Shown here piece after piece: positions 1 through 9,103 of a stretch of DNA of 64,000 nt. The notes beneath the pieces were generated by a model. It ran no database searches, was not told the origin of the DNA, and saw only the letters and a program-made list of their open reading frames with translations. Source of the DNA: Candidatus Beckwithbacteria bacterium CG10_big_fil_rev_8_21_14_0_10_34_10 (GTDB taxonomy: Bacteria; Patescibacteriota; Microgenomatia; UBA1400); NCBI GenBank assembly GCA_002773945.1, contig PEZT01000001.1, positions 1,131 to 65,130 on the forward strand, read 5' to 3'. The position numbers and the translations under genes are program-made. Each line of letters starts with the position of its first letter. The first letter of the stretch is position 1.

Positions 1-2256
1 TGGACTGATTGTTCTTTTCTGGTTTGGACCACCACTCCCTGGACAATTCCAGCCAATGTTTGTTTAGTGGTTGATCCAAAAAAAGATTATTTGATTGTTA
101 AAGAAGGTAATTCTAAATTAATTCTGTCTAAAAAAAGAGCGGTCGTTATTATTTCCGATATTAAGAAGAAGAAAACTAAGACAGTTAAAGGGAAAGACCT
201 TTTGGGTTTAAAATACAGATCTTTGTTTGACCATTTAGAAAGAGTAAAAAATTCCTTAGGTAAATTTAAGCATCAGGTTTTTAGTTCAGACCCCATAATT
301 TTACCAGTTGACGAATCCGAAGGTACCGGGATTGTTCATGTGGCTACTGGAGCCGGAAGTGAAGATTATAAGTTAGGGAAAAAGAAAGGTTTACCCGTAA
401 TTGATATTATTGATGAGGAAGCTAACTATCTTGATGGTTTAGATGAATTTAGTTTTAAAAACGCTAAAGACAAGCCAGAACTAATTCTAGATTTTGTTGA
501 GAAAAAAGACAAAGGAAAATACTTTTATAAAACTGAAGTTATAAGTCATCGTTATCCAGCTTGCTGGCGTTGTAAAAAAGAACTGGTTTGGCGGGCAGTT
601 GACGAGTGGTATATAAAGATGGATAAAAAGGATTCCGGGGATAAAACAAAAAGGACTTTAAGAAAAGAGATGATAAACGTGGCTAAAAATATTAAATGGA
701 TTCCTGATTTTGGTTTAAAAAGAGAGTTGGACTGGCTTAAAAATATGGATGATTGGTTGATTTCTAAAAAAAGATATTGGGGATTGGCTTTGCCTATTTG
801 GGAATGTGAGTGTGGTCATTTTGAGGTTATTGGTTCAAAAGATGAATTGAAAAAGAAGGCTGTTCAAGGTTGGTCAGAGTTTTCCGGTCATACCCCTCAC
901 CGGCCTTGGATTGATAAAATTAAGATTAAATGTCCTCAATGTTCAAAGTTAGTATCAAGAATTCCAGATGTTGGTAATCCTTGGTTAGATGCTGGGATTG
1001 TCGGTTTTTCCACTTTAATTGACCCAGAACTTAAGAAAGTAAGCTACACGGCTGATAAAAAATATTTCAATCGGTGGTTTCCGGCTGATTTTATTACTGA
1101 ATCCTTTCCTGGCCAGTTTAAAAATTGGTTTTATTCTATGATTGCTATGAGTACAGTTTTAGAAAAAAAACCATCATATAAAACTGTTTTAGGGTTTGCT
1201 ACTTTATTGGCAGAAGACGGTCGGCCTATGCACAAATCATGGGGTAATGCGATTGAGTTTAACAAAGGGGCTGATAAAATCGGCGTTGATGTTATGCGTT
1301 GGATGTATATTTCTCATGATCCCCAAAAAAATCTTCTTTTTGGATATAAAGTAGCTGATGAAACTCGAAGAAGATTCCACTTAACTTTGTGGAACACTTA
1401 TAACTTTTTTGTCACTTTTGCTAATCTTAATAATTGGTTTCCAAAAGATACAGTAAAATCTAAACTAACTGTTCTTGATGAGTGGTTATTATTAAAGCTT
1501 AATATATTAATTAAAAAAGTTAGTCAATCTTTAGATAGTTATGATCCTTATCTCGCCGCTAAGGAAATTGAGGAATTTGTTAGAGATTTTTCTACTTGGT
1601 ATATCCGACGGTCAAGAGAAAGAGTTTCTTTAAAAACGGAAAATGAAGTTGATAAAAAGACCTGCCTGACGGTTTTACGAAAGGTTTTATTAACTTTGTG
1701 TCGTTTATTAGCCCCATTTACTCCCTTTATGGTTGAGGAAATCTTTAAAAACATTTCTAATAAAGAATCTGTTCATCTAGAATCCTGGCCCCAAACAAAA
1801 CTTAAAATTCTTACCCAGGCTGAGAAAAACCTAATTAAAGGAATGAGTTTAGTTAGAGAAATTTGTGAATTAGGACATAGTCAGAGGAAAAAAGCTGGAA
1901 TTAAGGTAAGACACCCTCTTCAATCAATTGAAGTTAAAATAGATGATGTAAAATTGTTAAATAAGTCATTAGAGGAGTTAATAAAAGATGAACTTAATAT
2001 TAAAGAGGTTAAAACTTTAAAGTCTAAGGAATTAAGAGTAATCCTGAATACAAAGATTAACCCTGAGTTGCAAAAAGAAGGCCAGGCAAGAGATTTAATT
2101 AGACAAATACAAAATGCCAGAAAAAATGCAAAATGCGGCCTAGATCAATTAATAACTGTTTATTTACCTTCTTGGCCGGAAGAGTTTGAAAAAGAAATAA
2201 TGAGAAAAACTTTAGTTAAAAGTTTTAAAAAAGGAAAAGAGCTAAAAATTGTTTAA
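1..2256 (+). CDS. ileS: Isoleucyl-tRNA synthetase, C-terminal ~750 aa (5' end lies outside the window)
   Basis: Frame 1 is open from nt 1 and encodes WTTTPWTIPAN, the class-I IleRS/ValRS/LeuRS motif. Downstream it carries the CWRC zinc knuckle and a KMSKS-like MHKSWGN. The annotated Met at 67 is internal. Confidence 0.9.
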   Translation, partial: WTDCSFLVWTTTPWTIPANVCLVVDPKKDYLIVKEGNSKLILSKKRAVVIISDIKKKKTKTVKGKDLLGLKYRSLFDHLERVKNSLGKFKHQVFSSDPIILPVDESEGTGIVHVATGAGSEDYKLGKKKGLPVIDIIDEEANYLDGLDEFSFKNAKDKPELILDFVEKKDKGKYFYKTEVISHRYPACWRCKKELVWRAVDEWYIKMDKKDSGDKTKRTLRKEMINVAKNIKWIPDFGLKRELDWLKNMDDWLISKKRYWGLALPIWECECGHFEVIGSKDELKKKAVQGWSEFSGHTPHRPWIDKIKIKCPQCSKLVSRIPDVGNPWLDAGIVGFSTLIDPELKKVSYTADKKYFNRWFPADFITESFPGQFKNWFYSMIAMSTVLEKKPSYKTVLGFATLLAEDGRPMHKSWGNAIEFNKGADKIGVDVMRWMYISHDPQKNLLFGYKVADETRRRFHLTLWNTYNFFVTFANLNNWFPKDTVKSKLTVLDEWLLLKLNILIKKVSQSLDSYDPYLAAKEIEEFVRDFSTWYIRRSRERVSLKTENEVDKKTCLTVLRKVLLTLCRLLAPFTPFMVEEIFKNISNKESVHLESWPQTKLKILTQAEKNLIKGMSLVREICELGHSQRKKAGIKVRHPLQSIEVKIDDVKLLNKSLEELIKDELNIKEVKTLKSKELRVILNTKINPELQKEGQARDLIRQIQNARKNAKCGLDQLITVYLPSWPEEFEKEIMRKTLVKSFKKGKELKIV

Positions 2257-2299
2257 TCTTAAAACCTAGAACTTCGGGCAATTTATAATAGGTTAATTT

Positions 2300-3409
2300 A
2301 TGATTGATTTATTAACTAAAGAGAGCTTTGGTCAGAGATTTTTTAAAAAAATTGATTTAGGTTTAATTTTTTTGTGTATTTTATTAACTTCTTTTTCTCT
2401 TTTAATTTTATATAGTTTAGAAATTTCTCTTTTTAAAAGTCAACTTCAGTATTTTTTATTTGGTTTTTTAATATTTTTTATTGTTAGTCGGATTGACTAC
2501 CAAGTTTTAAAGGGTTTTTATCTTCCAATATATGTTGTTAGTATTTTACTGCTTCTTCTTAATCCTATTTTTGGTCAAGTGACAAGAGAGACAACTAGAT
2601 GGATTAGAATTGGATCTTTAAATTTTCAAAGCTCAGAATTTGTTAAGCCTTTGTTGCTATTATTTTTTGCCGCCATTGTCGAGAAATTGGACTTTAATAA
2701 ATTTAAAAGCATTCTTATTTTTATTTTTTGTCTTTTTGTTCCAGTTTTTCTTGTTTTTAAGCAGCCCGATCTGGGGAGTGCTTTAGTTATTTTAATAAGT
2801 TCTTTTTCTATTCTTTTTTATAAAGGTTTACCAAAAAAATATTTTTTTATTGGTTTTTTAACATTTATAATAGTGACTCCTTTAAGTTGGGGATTGTTAA
2901 AACCCTACCAAAGAGAGCGAGTGACTAGTTTTGTTAATCCTTCCTATGATCCTTTGGGAACGGGCTACAATTTAATTCAATCAAGAATTGCGTTGGGATC
3001 TGGTCAATTTTTAGGTCAGGGTTTAGGTCAAGGAAGTCAAAGTCAATTACGTTTTCTACCCGAACGTCACTCTGACTTTATCTTTGCCAGTCTGGGAGAA
3101 GAATTAGGATTTTTAGGGACGGGAATTGTTATTTTGGTCTTTTTCTTTTTAATTCTAAGAATTGTTTCCTATCTTTCTTTAAATATGGATTTATTTTCTT
3201 CTTCTATTTGTTTTGGAACAGCCGTAATTCTAGGTTTTCAAATTGTGGTTAATTTAGGTATGAATCTAGGACTTTTACCTATAACTGGTCTTACTTTACC
3301 TCTATTGTCTTATGGTGGTAGCTCTCTTGTCTCTACTTTTATTCTTCTGGGTCTGGTTCAGTCAGGGGTGAGGCAGAGCCAGGGAAAAAAGGCAATTGAA
3401 ATAAAATAA
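2300..3409 (+). CDS. SEDS-family peptidoglycan polymerase (FtsW/RodA/SpoVE)
   Basis: Multi-TM protein carrying NPSYDPLGTGYNLIQSRIALGSGQFLGQGLGQG...RFLPERHSDFIF, the SEDS signature. Confidence 0.8.
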   Translation: MIDLLTKESFGQRFFKKIDLGLIFLCILLTSFSLLILYSLEISLFKSQLQYFLFGFLIFFIVSRIDYQVLKGFYLPIYVVSILLLLLNPIFGQVTRETTRWIRIGSLNFQSSEFVKPLLLLFFAAIVEKLDFNKFKSILIFIFCLFVPVFLVFKQPDLGSALVILISSFSILFYKGLPKKYFFIGFLTFIIVTPLSWGLLKPYQRERVTSFVNPSYDPLGTGYNLIQSRIALGSGQFLGQGLGQGSQSQLRFLPERHSDFIFASLGEELGFLGTGIVILVFFFLILRIVSYLSLNMDLFSSSICFGTAVILGFQIVVNLGMNLGLLPITGLTLPLLSYGGSSLVSTFILLGLVQSGVRQSQGKKAIEIK

Positions 3410-3431
3410 GCTCTCTGTTAAAATACTTTCT

Positions 3432-3761
3432 ATGTTCAATAAAGATAAATATGTAGTTATTAAGACTTCAGGAAGGCAATTTATTGTTTCTGAAGGCCAG
3501 GAACTAGTGACAGAAAAACTTGAAGGAAAAAAAGACCAGGAAATTATCTTCAAAGACGTATTATTGGCTAAAAAAGATGGTTCTAAGTTTGAGTTGGGTC
3601 AACCGTTAGTTAAAAAGATTGTGGTTAAGGCTAAAATTCTTGATCAGTTTAAAGATAAGAAGGTTAGAGTGGCTAAATTTAGGGCTAAATCTAGATACCG
3701 CTTGGTTAAAGGTCATCGTCAACTAAAGACCAAAATAAAAATTACGAAAATTACTTTTTAA
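3432..3761 (+). CDS. rplU: 50S ribosomal protein L21
   Basis: YVVIKTSGRQFIVSEGQ is the L21 N-terminal pattern, and the ORF lies immediately upstream of rpmA. Confidence 0.85.
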   Translation: MFNKDKYVVIKTSGRQFIVSEGQELVTEKLEGKKDQEIIFKDVLLAKKDGSKFELGQPLVKKIVVKAKILDQFKDKKVRVAKFRAKSRYRLVKGHRQLKTKIKITKITF

Positions 3762-3865
3762 TAGTCTTTCTTTTTATTTATTTAGCCCTCATTTAATATT
3801 TAATTTAACCGATGTGAAAAGATATAGTTGACATATGTGAAAGGATATGTTTTCATAACACTATT

Positions 3866-4111
3866 ATGGCACATAAGAAAACTGGCGGTAGTACCACCCA
3901 ACACAAATCTAGAAAAGGTAAACGTCTAGGAATAAAAATTCCCGGTGGTGCTCCTATTAAGGTGGGCCAAATAATTGTTCGCCAAAGAGGTACTAAGTTT
4001 CATCCTGGAGAAGGGGTTGGTTTAGGGAGGGATCATACCCTTTTTGCTCTTAAAGACGGGAAAGTTAAATTTTCTCAGTCTTTAGGGAAAATGATAATTT
4101 CTATAAACTAA
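3866..4111 (+). CDS. rpmA: 50S ribosomal protein L27
   Basis: [24 protein letters not shown]...[24 protein letters not shown] is the canonical L27. Confidence 0.95.
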   Translation: MAHKKTGGSTTQHKSRKGKRLGIKIPGGAPIKVGQIIVRQRGTKFHPGEGVGLGRDHTLFALKDGKVKFSQSLGKMIISIN

Positions 4112-4112
4112 T

Positions 4113-4997
4113 ATGAATAATTCTAATAAAGCAGATCAAGAAAAAACTATTACTAATATTCCTGTTGGTCAACTACAGGCTAATCCCTTACAGCCCAGGG
4201 GAGTAATCACCCCAGACTCAATTATGGATTTAGTTGAATCTATTAAGGAGCATGGTATTCTCGAGCCTTTGGTAGTGGCTCATACTCCGGCTGGATATCA
4301 GATAATTGTGGGAGAGAGGCGTTGGCGGGCTTCAAAACTATCCGGGAAAGAAACTGTTCCTTGTATTATAATTGAAACTAGTCCTCAGGGAATGTTAGAA
4401 CTGGCTTTAGTTGAGAATGTCCAAAGAGAGGATTTAAATCCAATTGATCGGGCTAAAGCATTTGAAAGGCTGGTAGATGAGTTTGCCTTAACTAGAGTGG
4501 AAATTGGCAATCGGATTGGCAAGAGTGATTCCTACATTTCTAATACTTTAAGACTTCTTAGCTTACCCGATGCTATTAAAGACGGGCTTTTGTCTGGCTT
4601 AATTACTGAGGGACATGCTCGAGCTCTTCAAGGAATTAAAGATGTTCGTTTAATGATAGAAGGGTATAAAATGGTTTTGAAGGAATCAGGTTCGGTCAGG
4701 CGAGCTGAGGAAATTGCTAGAAGGATGAAAATTGCCTCCGGTCAACCAGAGGTTAATCTGCCTAAATCACACCGAACCCAGATGAAAAAATATATTATTG
4801 ATGAGAAAATTGATAAATATGAAAATGATATGAAAACAGCCCTAGGAGAAGAATCCAAAGTTAGATTAAGAAGAAGTCGGGCTCAAACAAAATTATTAGT
4901 TACTCTTTTTGGCGATCCTGGTGAAACTCAAGAAAAGTTAATTAAGATTTACGAAGGAATTGTTGGAATAAAGCCTAATTTTGAGAAGGGCCAATAA
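4113..4997 (+). CDS. ParB/Spo0J-like nuclease-fold protein (orphan; no parA nearby)
   Basis: N-terminal ParB box ILEPLVV...YQIIVGERRWRASKLSG followed by a helix-turn-helix segment. The GC content is visibly higher and there are fewer Lys than in its neighbours. Confidence 0.65.
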   Translation: MNNSNKADQEKTITNIPVGQLQANPLQPRGVITPDSIMDLVESIKEHGILEPLVVAHTPAGYQIIVGERRWRASKLSGKETVPCIIIETSPQGMLELALVENVQREDLNPIDRAKAFERLVDEFALTRVEIGNRIGKSDSYISNTLRLLSLPDAIKDGLLSGLITEGHARALQGIKDVRLMIEGYKMVLKESGSVRRAEEIARRMKIASGQPEVNLPKSHRTQMKKYIIDEKIDKYENDMKTALGEESKVRLRRSRAQTKLLVTLFGDPGETQEKLIKIYEGIVGIKPNFEKGQ

Positions 4998-5512
4998 CGG
5001 AGCCAGGCTTTACCAATAATATTTTTAGTTGGAATAAATCCCCACTCTCGAGAATCACTTGAGTGAGATCGATTATCTCCTAAAACAAAATATTGATTCT
5101 GAGGGACCGTAATTTCTTCATTTTCACCAATAAAATTACCACTACTGGTATAAACATCTTCAGGTAAATAACTAGATTCACTATACAAAGAGTTATTAAT
5201 ATATATTTGGCTTTCAACAATTTTAATTTTTTCTCCAGGTAAACCTATAATTCTTTTAATGTAATCATAGTTTTGATTCTGAGGAGCTTTAAAGGTAATG
5301 ACATCTCCCCTAAGAGGCTTTTTAAACCGATAAGTAATTTTGTTGGTTAATAAATTTTCGCCGTCATGGAAACTAGGGAGCATGGAGTTTCCTTTTACTT
5401 GATGGGGTTGAAAAAGGAAAATATAAAACAGGACAAAAATTACGGCCGCGGTTACCAGGGTTTCAACAAAATCCAAAAAAAAAGAAACCAGTGTCTTTAA
5501 AATATTCATCAA
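4949..5512 (-). CDS. lepB: Signal peptidase I
   Basis: N-terminal TM, the Ser box GNSMLPSF, RIIGLPGEKI, and GDNRSHSSDSREWGFIP (Lys/Asp boxes). Confidence 0.85.
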   Translation of the reverse strand: MMNILKTLVSFFLDFVETLVTAAVIFVLFYIFLFQPHQVKGNSMLPSFHDGENLLTNKITYRFKKPLRGDVITFKAPQNQNYDYIKRIIGLPGEKIKIVESQIYINNSLYSESSYLPEDVYTSSGNFIGENEEITVPQNQYFVLGDNRSHSSDSREWGFIPTKNIIGKAWLRYWPFSKLGFIPTIPS

Positions 5513-5573
5513 AATTATTATATAGCTAAAATAAATTGTGATGCAAGGGGGGTTTTGGTAAAATACATTTTAA

Positions 5574-5647
5574 GGTCGTATAGCTCAGTTGGCTAGAGCG
5601 CTTCATTCACATTGAAGAGGTCCCTGGTTCAAGTCCAGGTACGACCA
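5574..5647 (+). tRNA. tRNA-Val (anticodon CAC)
   Basis: Hand-folded cloverleaf: acceptor GGTCGTA/TACGACC, anticodon stem CTTCA/TGAAG with loop TTCACAT, T-loop TTCAAGT. Confidence 0.8.
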
Positions 5648-5656
5648 CTAAAAAGA

Positions 5657-8236
5657 TTAGTAAAGCAGCCTTAGACTCTCCAAGAGAAGCAATCTCTCGG
5701 AAACAAGATTAATATAAGCTTTACTGTATGATTGATTGTTTTTAAACTGACTCTCTTTTGCTTTTTTCTGTTCTAGAAGAAGCCAAGTAGAACCAAGTTT
5801 TTTATTCTCTCCTTTATTAGATTTAGCTTCAACCATAATTTTTATTTGGTTATAGAGTTTATTAATAGCGGTTTCATAATAGTTAACTTGAAATTCATTG
5901 ATCGATTTCCCCGCATTTTGAAAAGTAGTAAGCCAGCCAGCCTCTAGTAGTTTAGCAATTTCTTCAAGTTCATTTCTAAAATAAGCTGATGTTTCTTTGG
6001 AAATATCCCGGCTTTTAAAATATTGATTAAAGCTCTGGCGCAATCCATAAATAGAAACAAAAGAAGAGAAGGTGTAACGGGAAGAATAATAGTTATTATT
6101 AAGACTAATATAAGTTAACCCTCGATCAATTCCTCTATTAATATTTCTAATCTGAATTTGAAGTCTGTTTTTTAAAGAAATAGGTTCAATATTGGTGTTT
6201 AAATAATCACTTAAACTTTCCAGTCTTTCTTTAGCCAAAGTAAGATAAAGTTGACCCGTATTATCCTTCAAAATATTTTCTTGGGGAGAACTAGGATTAA
6301 AATATAAATCCATATTGACTGTTTGACCAGGATTTATTTTTCCCCCAATTGTTTGCCACTGATTACCATTATTAGTAAACTGAGCTACTTCTAAGTTGTA
6401 TTCCCCATTACCTGTACCTAAGATTTCAACCTGGTAATTACCCCCTAAAGCTTCAGGAATAATAATTAGTTTATCTTGGGAACTGTAAAAAGCCCTACTA
6501 ATAGGTGAAGCAACATTATAACCAACTTCTCCATCTGGACAATTAATCTTAATTTCCACGGGCGAGTGAATCAGTAAAACTAGTGAAGGGTTTCTGGGTG
6601 GAGAAAATTCATCTTGAATAATACTAACTCCTTCTATTCCTAAAGAACTTAAGATTTGACTAATTCCCTTCTCATTTTCAATAATCTGACTGTGGTCTCC
6701 AGATACTCCATGAGAAGAAAGGGAGCCTGACACAGTGGCACTTTTGGTTAATACTGTTAAATCTCCATCAAAAGTATATTCCTTATTAACAGGTACTCCG
6801 TCCGTCCAATGACCGAGGAGTTTATCCATAAAAGATTGCTCCTTAATAATATAATATTCAGGAGTATCTTCTGGATTATTTTCTTTACCATATATAGTCA
6901 CCAATTTTTCCTTTAACAATAGGGGGTCTAAGAGGCCTTTTAAGTAAGAATTCTGTTCAATCATTGAGTCAACATCAACAAGGGTCCCCTTTAACCTTTT
7001 AAGACAGGAGAAGATAGGCAATAAGTCCTTTAAAGAAGGAAAAAAATCATGAACTATTTCTCTAGGAGTTTCTGATGTTCTTCTGGTAGTATTTATTAAT
7101 ATGGTTGGAGGTAGAACAAGCCAGCTTTTATCATCTTCAAGTTGGCCTCCCTCCCAAGCATAATATGAGGCCAAAGCCCCCAGGTGTGGAGAACCGACAG
7201 TCACTATTTTTTCAACTTTATCTATCCCATATTTATTAGCATAAGCTCTAGCTACCAATCCTCCCATACTGTGACCAACTAAATTAACAGACTGGCCAGA
7301 AAAAACAACATTCTCAATATATTCATTAAGATCATCAGCTAAGTCACTAAGAGGCTTTCTCCAATCATAATAGAATTCAAAGTAGTTATCTCCTTCAACA
7401 TAACCCGCAGAATCAATCAGGGTAGCTTTAAAATTATTATAAACCTTTAGAAATGGAGTTTTAGTCCAAGGACCAACAGTTTGACCAGTAAGTAAAGCTT
7501 GTAAGTTCCAAGAGCTACCAAGACCAGGAATAAGAATAATTGGTGTTTGATTAGTTTCAACTGTTACTCCAAAAAACTGGATTGAAGGATCTAGATTATT
7601 AATTGTGGAAATTGAATTATCTATTAGTTCTATTTTTGTAAGAGTCTTGCAGTTTAGACTTAAGGGTATAGGAATTTTCAGTAAATCAATTATTACAGGT
7701 CCATTACCTTGAAGAGTTGTTCCATTCCAAGCCTCAGTAATATTAGGATCATTTGTAGCATGTACATAATTTTTATCATTTAATATCCAGTCTCTTAAGT
7801 TAAATCCAATAATTATTTCAGTTGGGAGGAATGAGCCATCGGAAAAATGCAATTTTATTTGACCAACATTACTGTTTAAGAGATTTTTTGAAACATTTCC
7901 ACCATTAATTAATAAATATACTGATTTTGGATATTTAATAATTGTATTAAGTGTAATTTCGTTTGGAAAATTTGGAATTGGTTGAGCGCTTGTGCATATA
8001 TATTTCGGGTTTGGTTCTTGAATAATTTCAAATGGAATACCTGCAAAAGAATTAATCCCTAGTGGTAAATTTTTATATCTAGGTATTATTTCTCCATTGG
8101 CAAATTGACTAATAGGAATAAATGTATAATTGTCCTGAGTATTAGCCGAAGCTTTTCCTGGGATAGTAAACACTAGAACGAGAAAAATAAAAAGAAAACT
8201 TGTTGAAAATACGATTTTTTTGACTAGCTTTATCAT
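5657..8236 (-). CDS. Large secreted alpha/beta-hydrolase (lipase/esterase-like, GHSMGG nucleophile elbow) with ~400-aa C-terminal extension
   Basis: Signal peptide MIKLVKKIVFSTSFLFIFLVLVFTIPGKASA. The lipase_2/PGAP1-like core reads NLVGHSMGGLVARAY...VTVGSPHLGA. Confidence 0.6.
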   Translation of the reverse strand: MIKLVKKIVFSTSFLFIFLVLVFTIPGKASANTQDNYTFIPISQFANGEIIPRYKNLPLGINSFAGIPFEIIQEPNPKYICTSAQPIPNFPNEITLNTIIKYPKSVYLLINGGNVSKNLLNSNVGQIKLHFSDGSFLPTEIIIGFNLRDWILNDKNYVHATNDPNITEAWNGTTLQGNGPVIIDLLKIPIPLSLNCKTLTKIELIDNSISTINNLDPSIQFFGVTVETNQTPIILIPGLGSSWNLQALLTGQTVGPWTKTPFLKVYNNFKATLIDSAGYVEGDNYFEFYYDWRKPLSDLADDLNEYIENVVFSGQSVNLVGHSMGGLVARAYANKYGIDKVEKIVTVGSPHLGALASYYAWEGGQLEDDKSWLVLPPTILINTTRRTSETPREIVHDFFPSLKDLLPIFSCLKRLKGTLVDVDSMIEQNSYLKGLLDPLLLKEKLVTIYGKENNPEDTPEYYIIKEQSFMDKLLGHWTDGVPVNKEYTFDGDLTVLTKSATVSGSLSSHGVSGDHSQIIENEKGISQILSSLGIEGVSIIQDEFSPPRNPSLVLLIHSPVEIKINCPDGEVGYNVASPISRAFYSSQDKLIIIPEALGGNYQVEILGTGNGEYNLEVAQFTNNGNQWQTIGGKINPGQTVNMDLYFNPSSPQENILKDNTGQLYLTLAKERLESLSDYLNTNIEPISLKNRLQIQIRNINRGIDRGLTYISLNNNYYSSRYTFSSFVSIYGLRQSFNQYFKSRDISKETSAYFRNELEEIAKLLEAGWLTTFQNAGKSINEFQVNYYETAINKLYNQIKIMVEAKSNKGENKKLGSTWLLLEQKKAKESQFKNNQSYSKAYINLVSERLLLLESLRLLY

Positions 8237-8335
8237 AGGACAGCTTTAGTTAAAGTGTATTTTTTAATGTATTAATTGTCAACCATCTTTTTTTAGAAAT
8301 TTTAAATTAAATGTGTTTTATTATAAAATTCAGCT

Positions 8336-9103
8336 ATGAGCTCAATTTCAGTTGTTATTCCAGTTTTTAATGTTGGATCTATAATCAAGGATTGTTTACA
8401 GTCTGTAGAGTGGGCAGATGAATTAGTTTGTATTGATATGGGTTCTACAGATAATACCATGGTAGTTTGTAAAGAACAGGGAGTGAACTTACTAAAAAAT
8501 ATACCCAAGAATTATAATTTTGATATTAATAGAAAGCTTGGAATGATAAATGCAAGAGGTGAATGGATATTAAAGATAGATTCTGATGATAGATTAACAA
8601 AAAAACTACAAAAATCAATAAAAGCTGCCATTAAAGGTAAGGGAAGCATAGTAGGTTATAATTTATTTAACAGGGTTTTTTTCTTTAATAGAGAAATAAA
8701 ATATGGTATGAAGAAAAGGAATTCTAGCGAATTAAGGCTTTTTAAGAAAAAAAGCTGGATTTATAACCCATTTAAGTTTCACCAATTAATTCGGGTTAAA
8801 GGCAATACGGATTATTTAGAGGGTAATTATCTTCATTTCAACTCTCAATCTATAAGAGAATTTATTAATAAGATGAACTTATATACTGATTTAGATGCAG
8901 GAAAGGATTCCAGCTTAGGTAAAAAAGCTAGTTTTTTGCACTTAATTATTAGTCCAATTGTTAAATTTATAAAAATTTATATAATAAACCTGGGTTTACT
9001 TGATGGAGCATATGGTTTAATTGTAAGTATGCTATATGCTTTTTACAACTTCACATATAAATTAAAAATATTTGAGAAAAAAAGTTTTAACTTATGGGTA
9101 TGA
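8336..9103 (+). CDS. Family-2 glycosyltransferase
   Basis: SVVIPVFNVGSIIKDCLQSV...CIDMGSTDNT is the GT-A/GT2 N-terminal signature. Confidence 0.7.
   Translation: MSSISVVIPVFNVGSIIKDCLQSVEWADELVCIDMGSTDNTMVVCKEQGVNLLKNIPKNYNFDINRKLGMINARGEWILKIDSDDRLTKKLQKSIKAAIKGKGSIVGYNLFNRVFFFNREIKYGMKKRNSSELRLFKKKSWIYNPFKFHQLIRVKGNTDYLEGNYLHFNSQSIREFINKMNLYTDLDAGKDSSLGKKASFLHLIISPIVKFIKIYIINLGLLDGAYGLIVSMLYAFYNFTYKLKIFEKKSFNLWV

Noticed and set aside
1548-1754. Short antisense ORFs inside well-supported genes (1548-1754, 3362-3553, 8302-8508, 10817-11050, 11879-12118, 20160-20474, 23694-23885, 24011-24193, 24735-24929, 27513-27704, 28707-29036, 29075-29266, 29999-30250, 30371-30559, 30724-31083, 32677-32871, 34698-34964, 34983-35237, 35367-35609, 39400-39603, 42705-42902, 43147-43338, 47283-47540, 52325-52537, 53846-54040, 56868-57221, 60879-61163)
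   Set aside because: All lie opposite or inside genes with strong family signatures. They have low-complexity or hydrophobic nonsense composition and are typical shadow ORFs of an AT-rich genome.
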